The translations under genes were made by a program, and so were the position numbers. 64,000 nucleotides of DNA from Elusimicrobiota bacterium. GTDB taxonomy: Bacteria > Elusimicrobiota > Elusimicrobia > UBA1565 > UBA9628. How positions within the stretch are numbered: the first letter of the stretch is position 1; every line of letters begins with the position of its first letter. The stretch covers positions 201,261-265,260 of the forward strand of contig PLZD01000010.1 of NCBI GenBank assembly GCA_003151975.1, in the 5' to 3' direction. Below, in pieces: positions 55,537 to 64,000 of the stretch. Under the pieces are notes generated by a model. That model was not told the origin of the DNA. It worked only from the letters and a program-made list of their open reading frames with translations, and made no database searches.

Positions 55537-56748
55537 ATGCGCGATAATCTCCTGGAGCTCGTCCGCGAGCTGACCCAGCGGGCTCTGGCGCCGGATGACC
55601 CGAAAGGGTTCTGGCGCTTCATGGCCGAGCGGCTCATCGCCTATTTCGGCTGCGAGCGCGTGACCATATTCCAGCGCGACGCCAAGGAGCGTTTGATCTC
55701 GCGCTACGCGCACCGGCTCAAGGAGCCGCTGATCATCCCGCCCGGCGAGGGAATCTCCGGCTGGGTCGCGGAGTGCTGCAAGACGCATGTCTCCAACGAC
55801 GTCTACGAGGACCCGCTCTTCAACCCCAAGATCGACGACGCGACGAAGTTTCGAACGAAGAACATGCTCGTCTTCCCGCTGCCGTATAAGGGCCGCGCGG
55901 CGGGCGTCGTCGAGCTCATCAACAAGCCCGGCGGTTTCAAGCTGCGCGACCGCAGGGCTGTCGAGTTGCTGGGCGCCGAACTTTCCGTTTTGTTTGTGAA
56001 GTTTCGCTACGAGGAATATCAGGAAGAGCTCACTAAGCAGCTCGTGCAGAACGAAAAGATGACGGCCATGGGGCGCCTGGCCAGCGGCGTCGCGCACGAA
56101 CTTAACAACCCCTTGGCGACCGTCATGGGATTTGCCCAGCTGCTCTTGCGCGATCCCAAGACCCCGCCCGAGATCCTGGCCACCTTGCTCAAAATCGACG
56201 CCGAGGCCCGGCGCATGCGCGAGATCGTGCGCAGCGTGCTGACCTTCGCGCGGGCCTCGGACGAGCACGCCGACGCGCTCAAGCTCTCGGCCGTCATCGA
56301 CGCGAGCCTCGAGCTGCTGACGCACGAGAGGCGGCGACGCAGCGTCAACATCGTCAAGGAGATACCCGCTCCCGAGCCCGTCGTGATGGGCGACGCCAAC
56401 CATCTCAAGCAGGTCTACCTCAACCTGATCGCCAACGCCCTGCACGCGCTCGAGGGACAGGAGGCCCGGCGCCTCGTTCTGCGCGTCTTTCATGACGCGA
56501 AGCGCAAGGCCATCGTCTCCGAGGTCGAGGACAACGGGCCCGGCATACCGCAGAAAATCCAGGACCATGTCTTCGAGCCTTTTTTCACGACGAAGGAAGA
56601 CGGGAAGGGGACCGGCTTGGGGCTTTACGTCGTGAGCGGCATCATCCAAAAGCACAAAGGGACCATTGAGCTCGAGAGCAAGCCGGGCCGCACTCTGTTT
56701 CGCATCATCCTGCCCGAGGCGGGACGGGCGGGCGATGCGCGCCCCTGA
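55537..56748 (+). CDS. GAF-domain sensor histidine kinase (NtrB-like)
   Basis: GAF with NKPGGF; AHELNNPL, EDNGPGI and FTTK..GKGTGLGL boxes. Confidence 0.93.
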   Translation: MRDNLLELVRELTQRALAPDDPKGFWRFMAERLIAYFGCERVTIFQRDAKERLISRYAHRLKEPLIIPPGEGISGWVAECCKTHVSNDVYEDPLFNPKIDDATKFRTKNMLVFPLPYKGRAAGVVELINKPGGFKLRDRRAVELLGAELSVLFVKFRYEEYQEELTKQLVQNEKMTAMGRLASGVAHELNNPLATVMGFAQLLLRDPKTPPEILATLLKIDAEARRMREIVRSVLTFARASDEHADALKLSAVIDASLELLTHERRRRSVNIVKEIPAPEPVVMGDANHLKQVYLNLIANALHALEGQEARRLVLRVFHDAKRKAIVSEVEDNGPGIPQKIQDHVFEPFFTTKEDGKGTGLGLYVVSGIIQKHKGTIELESKPGRTLFRIILPEAGRAGDARP

Positions 56749-57547
56749 GCCGATCGACTTCGCTTTTTAGCCGTTCCACTTCCGCCGACAAGCTCTCGAC
56801 GAGCCCGTGGCGCGCCGCGGAGCGCGTCTTCTCGACGGCGAGCGCGTCGGTCCTTTCTTTAAGCTCCGCGGTCAGGGCGGTCTCATGGCCGATGGCTTCT
56901 CGCAGGCTTGCGAGCTCGGAGGCGCTCTTAGCGATGTCTTCCTGAAAGTGGGCTGAAGTTTTTCCGAGCTCATCGACTTTCTTCGTCAGGCTCTCGCCCT
57001 GCTGCAGCGCCGCGATCTTGTCCTTGAGCTCGGTGATCAGCAGCTGCTGCATGTCGGCGGAGGATTCCGCGGCGCGCTTGTCGGACAGCGCCCGCTCAAG
57101 CCGCTCGCGGAAGTCCCCGGCCTGCGCGGCGTCGGCTTCCATCAAATTGGCCTTCTCCTTGGATTTGGCCGCGTCTAAGGCGCGCTCGGCGTTCTGCCTT
57201 CGCATGTCTAAAATGTCGCGGTCTCGCTCCGCGAGTTGTTCCTTCAGTCGCGCGATCGCATTCTCGAGCAGCGTGACCTTGTCCACCAGGCTCCCATGGC
57301 GGACGAATTCCTGGAGGATCGACTCGGTCTCGCCCATGGGCTGCGCGCGGCGCGCAGGACGCTCCGGGCGTTCTAGAAGCATCGCCAAGTCGGCGCAAGT
57401 CTGGGCTTGGGCCCAGTCCTCGGTGCGGTTGCCGCGCTTTGCCTCGGGGCAGACCTCGGACTCGGCGCCGAAATTCGGCAGGCGCGCGAGCTCTTCGGGC
57501 GGGTACGGCCCGACGACTCTGTCTTTGTCGAGAACCCAATAACGCAT
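56705..57547 (-). CDS. GYF_2-like N-terminal domain plus coiled-coil protein
   Basis: RYWV...GPYPPEEL...VCPE...DW, paralogous to the 38806 N-terminus; heptad-rich C-terminus. Confidence 0.75.
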   Translation of the reverse strand: MRYWVLDKDRVVGPYPPEELARLPNFGAESEVCPEAKRGNRTEDWAQAQTCADLAMLLERPERPARRAQPMGETESILQEFVRHGSLVDKVTLLENAIARLKEQLAERDRDILDMRRQNAERALDAAKSKEKANLMEADAAQAGDFRERLERALSDKRAAESSADMQQLLITELKDKIAALQQGESLTKKVDELGKTSAHFQEDIAKSASELASLREAIGHETALTAELKERTDALAVEKTRSAARHGLVESLSAEVERLKSEVDRLRGAHRPPVPPRAG

Positions 57548-57580
57548 GTCCGTTAAAGTATAGCCCCGGACCGGCGCAAG

Positions 57581-58219
57581 TCAATACCGTGGGCGATACA
57601 GCGCCACGCCGGCCAGCCAGACGACGAGGCACGGCACGAGACCCGCATTGCTCGCCAAGAGCCCCAGGGTCGAATCAAGGAGCGCCGCCGCGGTCAGTCC
57701 CGTGCCGAACAGCACGACGCCCCAGCCCGCCCGCACCGTCCAACGCGGGTAGGCCCGACGGGTGGCTAGGATCAAGATAAAAGCCGCGCTCGTATAGAAC
57801 GCGTTGGCCAAGCCCCCCGTCAGCAGAACGGCCCTGCGGTGCCAAATGAGAAAGCTCGCGGCAGCACCCTGGAGCGAGAAATCCGGCAGGAGGAAAACCT
57901 CGATGCCCTGCGCCGTCCAATCAAATGCGATCGCGACGATCGTCAGACCGAGCGCGAGGCGCCCGAACCGCGCGAGCGCGATCTTGTGAGCCTGAACGAA
58001 GCGATGGTAGAAATACAGGATGGAGGCTCCGGCGAGCGTCCAACAGAGCCACGCCAGGGTCCAGAGTATCCGGTGGTCTCGGATGAAGTCGAGCCGGCCG
58101 GCGAGATCGGGATTGGTCTCGAGCCCGCGGCCTAAAACGAGCAGCATGGCCGCGCCCGCGACGCAGTGCGCGATCAGCGCAAGCCAAGCGGCGGCGCTCA
58201 GGCGCTCCCGGCGGTTCAC
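57581..58219 (-). CDS. Hypothetical membrane protein
   Basis: About 6 TMs; GTG start overlaps the upstream TGA. Confidence 0.7.
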   Translation of the reverse strand: MNRRERLSAAAWLALIAHCVAGAAMLLVLGRGLETNPDLAGRLDFIRDHRILWTLAWLCWTLAGASILYFYHRFVQAHKIALARFGRLALGLTIVAIAFDWTAQGIEVFLLPDFSLQGAAASFLIWHRRAVLLTGGLANAFYTSAAFILILATRRAYPRWTVRAGWGVVLFGTGLTAAALLDSTLGLLASNAGLVPCLVVWLAGVALYRPRY

Positions 58220-59322
58220 GCCCAGGTCTCCTCGATGGCCAGCGCCGCGCCGCGCTTTGCGCATTCCTGCTCGAGCTCGGCGCGGCTCAGCCAGCGATCG
58301 AGCGGGATCAGCCCTTGAAACGATGCCGGCGCCGCGGCAAGCTGCGGCGCCATGATCGAGGCCGGAAGGATCGGTATGATCTCGCCGCGCTGGGCGACGA
58401 GGGTCGCGCGGCGTTTGACGCGCGCGCCGCGCTTGAAGCCCGAGACTTCCACGCCGATGGCCCCGACCGTCGAGCCGAACACGCCGGCCAGGCTCAAGCC
58501 CGTCGAGAGCAGAGGCGCGAGCGCGGACCACTCAAAGGCCAGCTCGCGCGAAAGCCAAGCCATGACGGAGGTGGCCCGGTTCATCCAGCGGAACTGCGCT
58601 CCCGCGCGAAACTCGACGCGTCCCGCGCCGAAGAGATCGGGCAAGAGCTCATGGTCGGCCACGTCGATGAGAAATCCCTCGCGGGGGCCGACGGGCTTCG
58701 GGAAGGCGAACACGCGCGGCTCGGACCAGCCGAGGGCCTTGCGCCAGCCGTCCCCGTCGCGCATGGTGAAGGGTTTGGCCAGAGAATCGCACAAGGAAGC
58801 GACCGTGGCCGCGCCGCGCGGGCTGCGGCCTCCGGGCGCGATTTGGATCTGGATCTCGCCGACGGAGTCGAAATCCTCGCAGGCGAGACGCGCGAGGAGA
58901 GCCGAGAGCGCGGGCGCCGCCGACCAGCCCACGCCCGCGGCCGGTCCCGCGGGCGCGACGAGCGCGCGAGCGCGGCGCACGAAGCCCCGGTCGTCGGCCA
59001 GATCGAAGTACGGGATGCCGCGCTGCCGGCAGACCTCTAGGAGATGCAAAGGCATCTCCTGAAATGGTCCGGCTGCGCAGACCGCCGCTTGGGCGTTGGT
59101 CAGCGCCGAGGCGACCGAGCGCAGGTCCGAGAGATCGCAAAGGGCGGGAGCCAGACGGCGCTTCTGCGAGTCGTCGAGGCCCGGAGTCAGCGCGCTGAGG
59201 TCGGTCCGTCCGCGGCCCGCCGCCAGCACGCGGCAGGAGCTGTTGACGAGCAAGTCGCGGACCAGCGCGCGGCCGAACGCGCCGTGGGCTCCGGCCACGA
59301 GTATCGCGGGAGCGTCAGTCAT
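58216..59322 (-). CDS. Saccharopine dehydrogenase-like NAD(P)-binding oxidoreductase
   Basis: ILVAGAHGAFG, AAGPFQ and YFDLADD motifs. Confidence 0.85.
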   Translation of the reverse strand: MTDAPAILVAGAHGAFGRALVRDLLVNSSCRVLAAGRGRTDLSALTPGLDDSQKRRLAPALCDLSDLRSVASALTNAQAAVCAAGPFQEMPLHLLEVCRQRGIPYFDLADDRGFVRRARALVAPAGPAAGVGWSAAPALSALLARLACEDFDSVGEIQIQIAPGGRSPRGAATVASLCDSLAKPFTMRDGDGWRKALGWSEPRVFAFPKPVGPREGFLIDVADHELLPDLFGAGRVEFRAGAQFRWMNRATSVMAWLSRELAFEWSALAPLLSTGLSLAGVFGSTVGAIGVEVSGFKRGARVKRRATLVAQRGEIIPILPASIMAPQLAAAPASFQGLIPLDRWLSRAELEQECAKRGAALAIEETWA

Positions 59323-59764
59323 GCGCGCGTCCCGAAATCATTCGCGCGGCGAGCAGCGAGCGCGCGCTCCAGAGGAGCGTCCGGATCCAGTTTGTCGATG
59401 TGAGCTGCACCGTAATTGCGGGATCGAAGCCGTTTGTTAGGATGGTATGCATCGGAAACTGCAGGAACAAAGACGAGGCCCAGATCATTGCGAGAAGACC
59501 CGCGCCGACGGCGGCGCTGCCTCTGTCGACGCTGTCGGATCTGCGCCGCAACAGCATGACCGCACAGAACGCCTCGAGGAGCATCACCGGGACCACAACG
59601 GCGGCAGTGCGCACGATGTTGTCTCGCTCGTAAGCGGAGAAGGCGTCCGAGCCGATCCACTTGAAAAGCGGGTAGTGCACGATCTGCACGAACCAGATCA
59701 CCCCGGTCATGAACCAGGTCGCCGCAGCGTGTGATGTCAGCAGGAGCCGGTCCTTTCGGCTCAT
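59315..59764 (-). CDS. Conserved 4-TM membrane protein
   Basis: GVIWFVQIVHYPLF and NWIRTLLW motifs. Confidence 0.8.
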   Translation of the reverse strand: MSRKDRLLLTSHAAATWFMTGVIWFVQIVHYPLFKWIGSDAFSAYERDNIVRTAAVVVPVMLLEAFCAVMLLRRRSDSVDRGSAAVGAGLLAMIWASSLFLQFPMHTILTNGFDPAITVQLTSTNWIRTLLWSARSLLAARMISGRAHD

Positions 59765-60315
59765 CGCTTCCTCGCTGATAGTATCAGCGCTAGCGCCATC
59801 GCGGCGACGGCCGTTGCAAGGCCGGCGCGCGAGGTCAGCCCGTAAGCGACGAGGCCCGAGCTAAAAAGCCCGAGCGCCGCGAGCGCGGGGCCCTCGGATG
59901 CCAAGGAGGGACGATCGCTCAGAAACCATGCGAGGAACGCGAGGGGCGCCGCGATGAGAAGCGCGAGACCCGCGGCTCCGGTTCTCTCCAGCGCCAAGGC
60001 GTAGGCCGGAAAATGCAGATGCAGACGGCCCGCGTGGGACTGCCAGAGCGCGCCGAGAGCGAAGATCGCGATGCCCGCGAGAAAAACAATCCGGCGCCGG
60101 CCGGTCTGGCGCTTGAGCGCCCATAGAAGGCCGCCGGCCAGCACGGCGGCAAACGCCGCTCGCGACTGCATCTTCCAAATACCGAAGACCTGCGCTGCGG
60201 CGGCGGCAAGCAGCACCACGAATGGGATCGAGGCGATCTCGGTGGTGACCAGCAATCCCGCGGTTACGAGCAGGCCGGCCGCCAAACACAGGGGAGGAAT
60301 GGCTCCCGCTATCAT
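59761..60315 (-). CDS. Hypothetical membrane protein
   Basis: Very hydrophobic; ATGA-coupled on both sides. Confidence 0.65.
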   Translation of the reverse strand: MIAGAIPPLCLAAGLLVTAGLLVTTEIASIPFVVLLAAAAAQVFGIWKMQSRAAFAAVLAGGLLWALKRQTGRRRIVFLAGIAIFALGALWQSHAGRLHLHFPAYALALERTGAAGLALLIAAPLAFLAWFLSDRPSLASEGPALAALGLFSSGLVAYGLTSRAGLATAVAAMALALILSARKR

Positions 60316-60722
60316 CGCCCGAGGATGCGGTCCTGGCGGGAGAACATTTCGCGGCGTTGGGCCGCCGTGTCGTCGTCGTAGCCGAGCAGATGCAGGGTCC
60401 CGTGCACGCAGAGCGTGAGGACCTCGTCGAGCACGGAATGGCCGACGTCCTTGGCCTGCAGGCGCGCCATGTGCGCCGAGATGTAGACGTCGCCGAAGGC
60501 GGGAGGATCGTAATTGAAGGCGATGACGTCGGTGTCGTATTCGTGATTGAGAAATCCGCGGTTCATTTTGCGCATCCGTGCTTTGTCGAGGAAAATGATG
60601 TTAAGGTCGCCCGTCGCGCGCGACTTCTCGGCGCGCAGCGTTTTGAGACAGGTGTTGCGGATCAGCGTCGGGCGTCTCGCCGAGGCCGGCAGCAGGCCGG
60701 TGCCGAAGACCGAGATCTTCAC
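60312..60722 (-). CDS. ybeY: rRNA maturation RNase YbeY
   Basis: [12 protein letters not shown] and [10 protein letters not shown] motifs; GTG start overlapping the phoH stop is likely. Confidence 0.92.
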   Translation of the reverse strand: MKISVFGTGLLPASARRPTLIRNTCLKTLRAEKSRATGDLNIIFLDKARMRKMNRGFLNHEYDTDVIAFNYDPPAFGDVYISAHMARLQAKDVGHSVLDEVLTLCVHGTLHLLGYDDDTAAQRREMFSRQDRILGR

Positions 60723-61660
60723 TTCGACTTGTCCCAATCGTCGTAGGCGCGGATGATGCGCTTGACCAGCGGATGGCGCACTACGTCTTCCTCGCCGAGG
60801 CGGTGGAACACGATGCCGGGAATATCCTTGAGTATGCCCTCGACGCGCACCAGGCCCGAGACGACCTTATCGCTGAGGTCGGTCTGGGTCACATCGCCGG
60901 TCACCGCGGCCTTGGAGCCGTTGCCCATGCGGGTCAGGAACATCTTCATCTGCTCGGGCGTGGTGTTCTGCGCCTCGTCGAGAAGGATGAAGGCGTCCTC
61001 GAAGGTGCGGCCGCGCATGTAGGCCAGCGGCACGATCTCGATGACCTCGGTGTCCCGCCACATGCGGAAGCGCTCAGGTCCCAGCAAGGCGTAGAAGGCG
61101 TCGTAGAGCGGCTTGAGGTATGGCGAAACCTTCTCGAGCATGTCACCGGGCAGAAAGCCGAGCTTCTCGCCGGCCTCGACGACCGGGCGGCTGATGATGA
61201 TGCGGTGGACTTGGCGGGATTCGAGCGCGCGCAGGGCGCACGCGACCGCCAGAAAAGTTTTTCCCGTGCCGGCGGGGCCGATGCCGAAGGTCAGGTCGTG
61301 CGTCATGATCGCTTCGACATACTTCTCTTGATTGGGCGTGCGCGCGCGGACGACCTTGCCGTAGGCCGTGCGGTAGAGGCCGTTCTCGGGCAGTGAGGGC
61401 GAATCGATGTTCAGGGCCTCGCGTTCGGGCGCGCCTTTCTGGCGCAGCGACGCCAGCCGCTGGCGCAGGCGCTTGACGGCCTTGTCGACGCGCGCGGTGC
61501 TGCCTTTGGCCGAGAGCTGCAGCTCGCCGTTCTGGGAGTCTTGGCGCAGGAAAAGCTCGACGCCGAAGTCAGCCTCCATCTGGCGGAGCATGGCGTCGTG
61601 CTCGCCGAGCAGGCTCACGGCCTCCTCCGAGCTGTCGATCTTGATTCTTTTCGTGGTCAC
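60719..61660 (-). CDS. phoH: PhoH-family ATPase (PhoH/YbeZ)
   Basis: [29 protein letters not shown] and DVVRHPLV motifs. Confidence 0.93.
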   Translation of the reverse strand: MTTKRIKIDSSEEAVSLLGEHDAMLRQMEADFGVELFLRQDSQNGELQLSAKGSTARVDKAVKRLRQRLASLRQKGAPEREALNIDSPSLPENGLYRTAYGKVVRARTPNQEKYVEAIMTHDLTFGIGPAGTGKTFLAVACALRALESRQVHRIIISRPVVEAGEKLGFLPGDMLEKVSPYLKPLYDAFYALLGPERFRMWRDTEVIEIVPLAYMRGRTFEDAFILLDEAQNTTPEQMKMFLTRMGNGSKAAVTGDVTQTDLSDKVVSGLVRVEGILKDIPGIVFHRLGEEDVVRHPLVKRIIRAYDDWDKSK

Positions 61661-63990
61661 GCTGTCTGTGGGTCGCGATCCGCGAGGACCGCGCTCGAAA
61701 ATCTTAGCTTTTCTCCGAACGCGCGCGCCGCCTCGCGCTCGAAACCGAAGGTTTCCGCCGCGAGGATCTTCTCGCGCCAGCGCCAAAAGAACTGTTGAAG
61801 CTCCCAGACGTCGGCGTGCAGGCCGTGCTGTTCAAACGCGTCGATCCAGCGCGCCGCGCGCGAGAGCCGTTCAGGAGACGCCTGCACGATCAAGCTCTCC
61901 AATATTCCCATAAAGCGCGCGCGAACGTCGCCGATCCAAGGGAGTTGGTCCGGCGGGCTCTTGAGGCCGCGCGCGCGAGCCAGCAGATCGAGGACTTCGT
62001 CGCTGACCGGCGCGATTTTCAGCGCCGCTATGGCGGCGGTCCAGTCCTTGCGGAAGGCGGCAAGCTCAACGCTCTCCAGCGGCGCGGGCATCAGTCGTCG
62101 CATCACGTCCAAGCGCGAGCGCGCAAAAAGCGCGTCGAGTCCGAAGTGGACGCCGTCGAATCGCTTCGAGAGCTCGCGCTCGAGCTCCTCGCGCGATAGC
62201 GTCTCGAAAAGCCGGGCCAGCTCCTCGCCCGCTTTGTCGGCTCCAGGCCAGCGGCCGATGTAACAACGCAGGTCCACGCGGTCCTGCTGGTGGACGACGG
62301 CCAAAGCCTTGGTCGAGTCGTTGGTGAGACGGTCCTCGACTTCCCAATAACTCCAGGACAGCGAGCGATCACTCCCCGCGAGTTCTTGCCGCTCTTTGCG
62401 GCCGCTCGACAGGTGCTTGGCGGAAAACGCGCGGCCCGCTGACGCGGCGGGCATTCCGACGTGGTCGAGCAAAGCGAAATGCGCGGCGGCGCGCGCGAGC
62501 AGTCCTCGGCCCGGCTCGGCCAAGGCGGCGTAGACCTTCGCGCCGTCGGAGAGCTTCTGTGAAGGCCCCGGAACTTTTGCGAGACGCTCCTTGAAACCGT
62601 CGGTCAATTTAGCCTCGAACACCTCGGCAAGCTCGATGGCGCGGGCGGCGTGCTTGAGTATGAGCGTCGTTTCGATGCCGGAGAGGTCGTCGAAAAACCA
62701 GCCGCAGCTCGTGAACATCGCCAGGCGGCTGCGCTGCATCTCGAGCAGGATCATCGCCTGGCGCCGGCGCTCCTCCGTGAGTTCGCCGAGGGAGTGAGCT
62801 TTTAGGAATTTCTCAGAGCTTTGCGCGGAAGAATCGGAGAGCTTCTGGGCGTAGGCGTCGCGCGCGGCCAAAAAATCCTTGAAGTAGATGCCCGCCTGCG
62901 CGGCGTAGAGCGTGTCGATTTCGCCCGCGAGCCAATTGAGCGCTTCGCGCAGAGGCCCGCGCCAGCCCTGGCTCGTGCCTTTCTTGTAGCGGCAGCCGCA
63001 GTCGGCGTTCCATCGGCCGAGGCCGTGCGGGCAGCTCCATGCGGTATTCTCATGAAGCTCGACTTCCTGCGGCGGGGGAAATAAGCTCAGGTAGTGCGCG
63101 TAATTCGTGAGGGATAGGCCGAGGTCGGGAGCCAGGCGAAAGGTCTGCGCGAGCGCGGCCGCGCCCGTGCGGCGGTGATGCCCGTAGAACTCGCCGTCGG
63201 TCGCCACCGAGATGAGCTGGGTCGAATCGTCGGGCAGCACGCGCGCCAGAGCTTTGTGGCAGAGCGCGTCGTCGCTCTTGAAGGCCTCGCCCGAGTCGAC
63301 GCTCTCGTGAAGCAGGCGGTGATAGAAAAAGATCGCGATGTGGCGGCTGGGATCCTTGCGCGAGATCCAGCGGTACGGCCTGGTCGGGAGCAGGTTTTCT
63401 TCCGTGACTTCCTTCCAGTCCTGCGCGCCGAGGTCGCGCACGCGCGCGGCTTGGCTCGGGGCGAGTATGGTGAACGCGACCCCTTCATCGATCAGGACTT
63501 CGAGCGTCTCGGCGTCGACGGCCGTCTCGGGAAGCCACATGCCCTCAGGCTCGCGGCCGAAGCGTTTGCGGAAGTCGTCCATGCCCCAGCGCACAAGCGT
63601 GCGCTTGTCGCGCTCGTTCTGCAGCGGCAGGATCGCGTGATAGTACGGCTGGGCGATCGCGTTGCCGTGGCCGTCGAACTCCTCGCAGCTTTCCTTGTCG
63701 GCCTTGATGATCGCCTGATAGGTCGCGGGATGCTCGCGCTCGAGCCAGCGCAGCAAGGTCGGCCCGAAGTTGAAGCTCATACGGCGATAATTGTTGTCCA
63801 TGGCGACGATGAGGCCGTTCTCATCGAGGATCGGGCACGCCGAATTGGGGCCGTAGCACTCCTGGAAGATTTTCTCGTTCCAGTCGGGGTAAGGATTGGC
63901 CGATTCCTCACCCTCGATGGCGTCGAGCCAGGGGTTTTCGCGCGGCGGTTGATAGAAATGACCGTGCACGCAGAAATACTTATTTTTCAT
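61657..63990 (-). CDS. GH57-family glycoside hydrolase with DUF3536-type domain
   Basis: [38 protein letters not shown] and [11 protein letters not shown] motifs. Confidence 0.92.
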   Translation of the reverse strand: MKNKYFCVHGHFYQPPRENPWLDAIEGEESANPYPDWNEKIFQECYGPNSACPILDENGLIVAMDNNYRRMSFNFGPTLLRWLEREHPATYQAIIKADKESCEEFDGHGNAIAQPYYHAILPLQNERDKRTLVRWGMDDFRKRFGREPEGMWLPETAVDAETLEVLIDEGVAFTILAPSQAARVRDLGAQDWKEVTEENLLPTRPYRWISRKDPSRHIAIFFYHRLLHESVDSGEAFKSDDALCHKALARVLPDDSTQLISVATDGEFYGHHRRTGAAALAQTFRLAPDLGLSLTNYAHYLSLFPPPQEVELHENTAWSCPHGLGRWNADCGCRYKKGTSQGWRGPLREALNWLAGEIDTLYAAQAGIYFKDFLAARDAYAQKLSDSSAQSSEKFLKAHSLGELTEERRRQAMILLEMQRSRLAMFTSCGWFFDDLSGIETTLILKHAARAIELAEVFEAKLTDGFKERLAKVPGPSQKLSDGAKVYAALAEPGRGLLARAAAHFALLDHVGMPAASAGRAFSAKHLSSGRKERQELAGSDRSLSWSYWEVEDRLTNDSTKALAVVHQQDRVDLRCYIGRWPGADKAGEELARLFETLSREELERELSKRFDGVHFGLDALFARSRLDVMRRLMPAPLESVELAAFRKDWTAAIAALKIAPVSDEVLDLLARARGLKSPPDQLPWIGDVRARFMGILESLIVQASPERLSRAARWIDAFEQHGLHADVWELQQFFWRWREKILAAETFGFEREAARAFGEKLRFSSAVLADRDPQTA

Positions 63991-64000
63991 GGCTTTATTT

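Overview
This is a gene-dense, GC-rich bacterial chromosome segment (roughly 65% GC by eye). The gene content, with a PorV-like protein next to an FN3-repeat protein carrying a T9SS/FlgD-Ig-type C-terminus, plus leuS-lptE-holA and pilB-pilT-pilC, suggests Elusimicrobiota; this is an inference. Housekeeping genes include folD (partial), trmO, nth, anmK, comEC, nadK, recN, gltX, dksA, uvrC, rpsT, holA, leuS, ybeY and phoH. Two AT-richer accessory blocks flank and extend into gltX: a Dam-type MTase plus SphI-like HNH endonuclease, and an HATPase plus STAS-like pair. The non-coding DNA is the most interesting part. (1) A candidate ~118-nt small RNA (7471->7354, minus strand) carries six regularly spaced ACAAC motifs between an extended -10 promoter and an intrinsic terminator, resembling a protein-sponge RNA. 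(2) A 28/29-bp ECF-sigma-like promoter is shared by comEC and an unannotated, highly structured locus at 10276->10100. (3) A c-di-GMP-I riboswitch precedes a 1680-aa repeat adhesin. (4) There is a sigma54-type promoter at 7224-7239. (5) A leaderless-transcription signature is pervasive. I saw no tRNA, rRNA, CRISPR array or transposase. All calls come from reading motifs by eye; no database searches were run.
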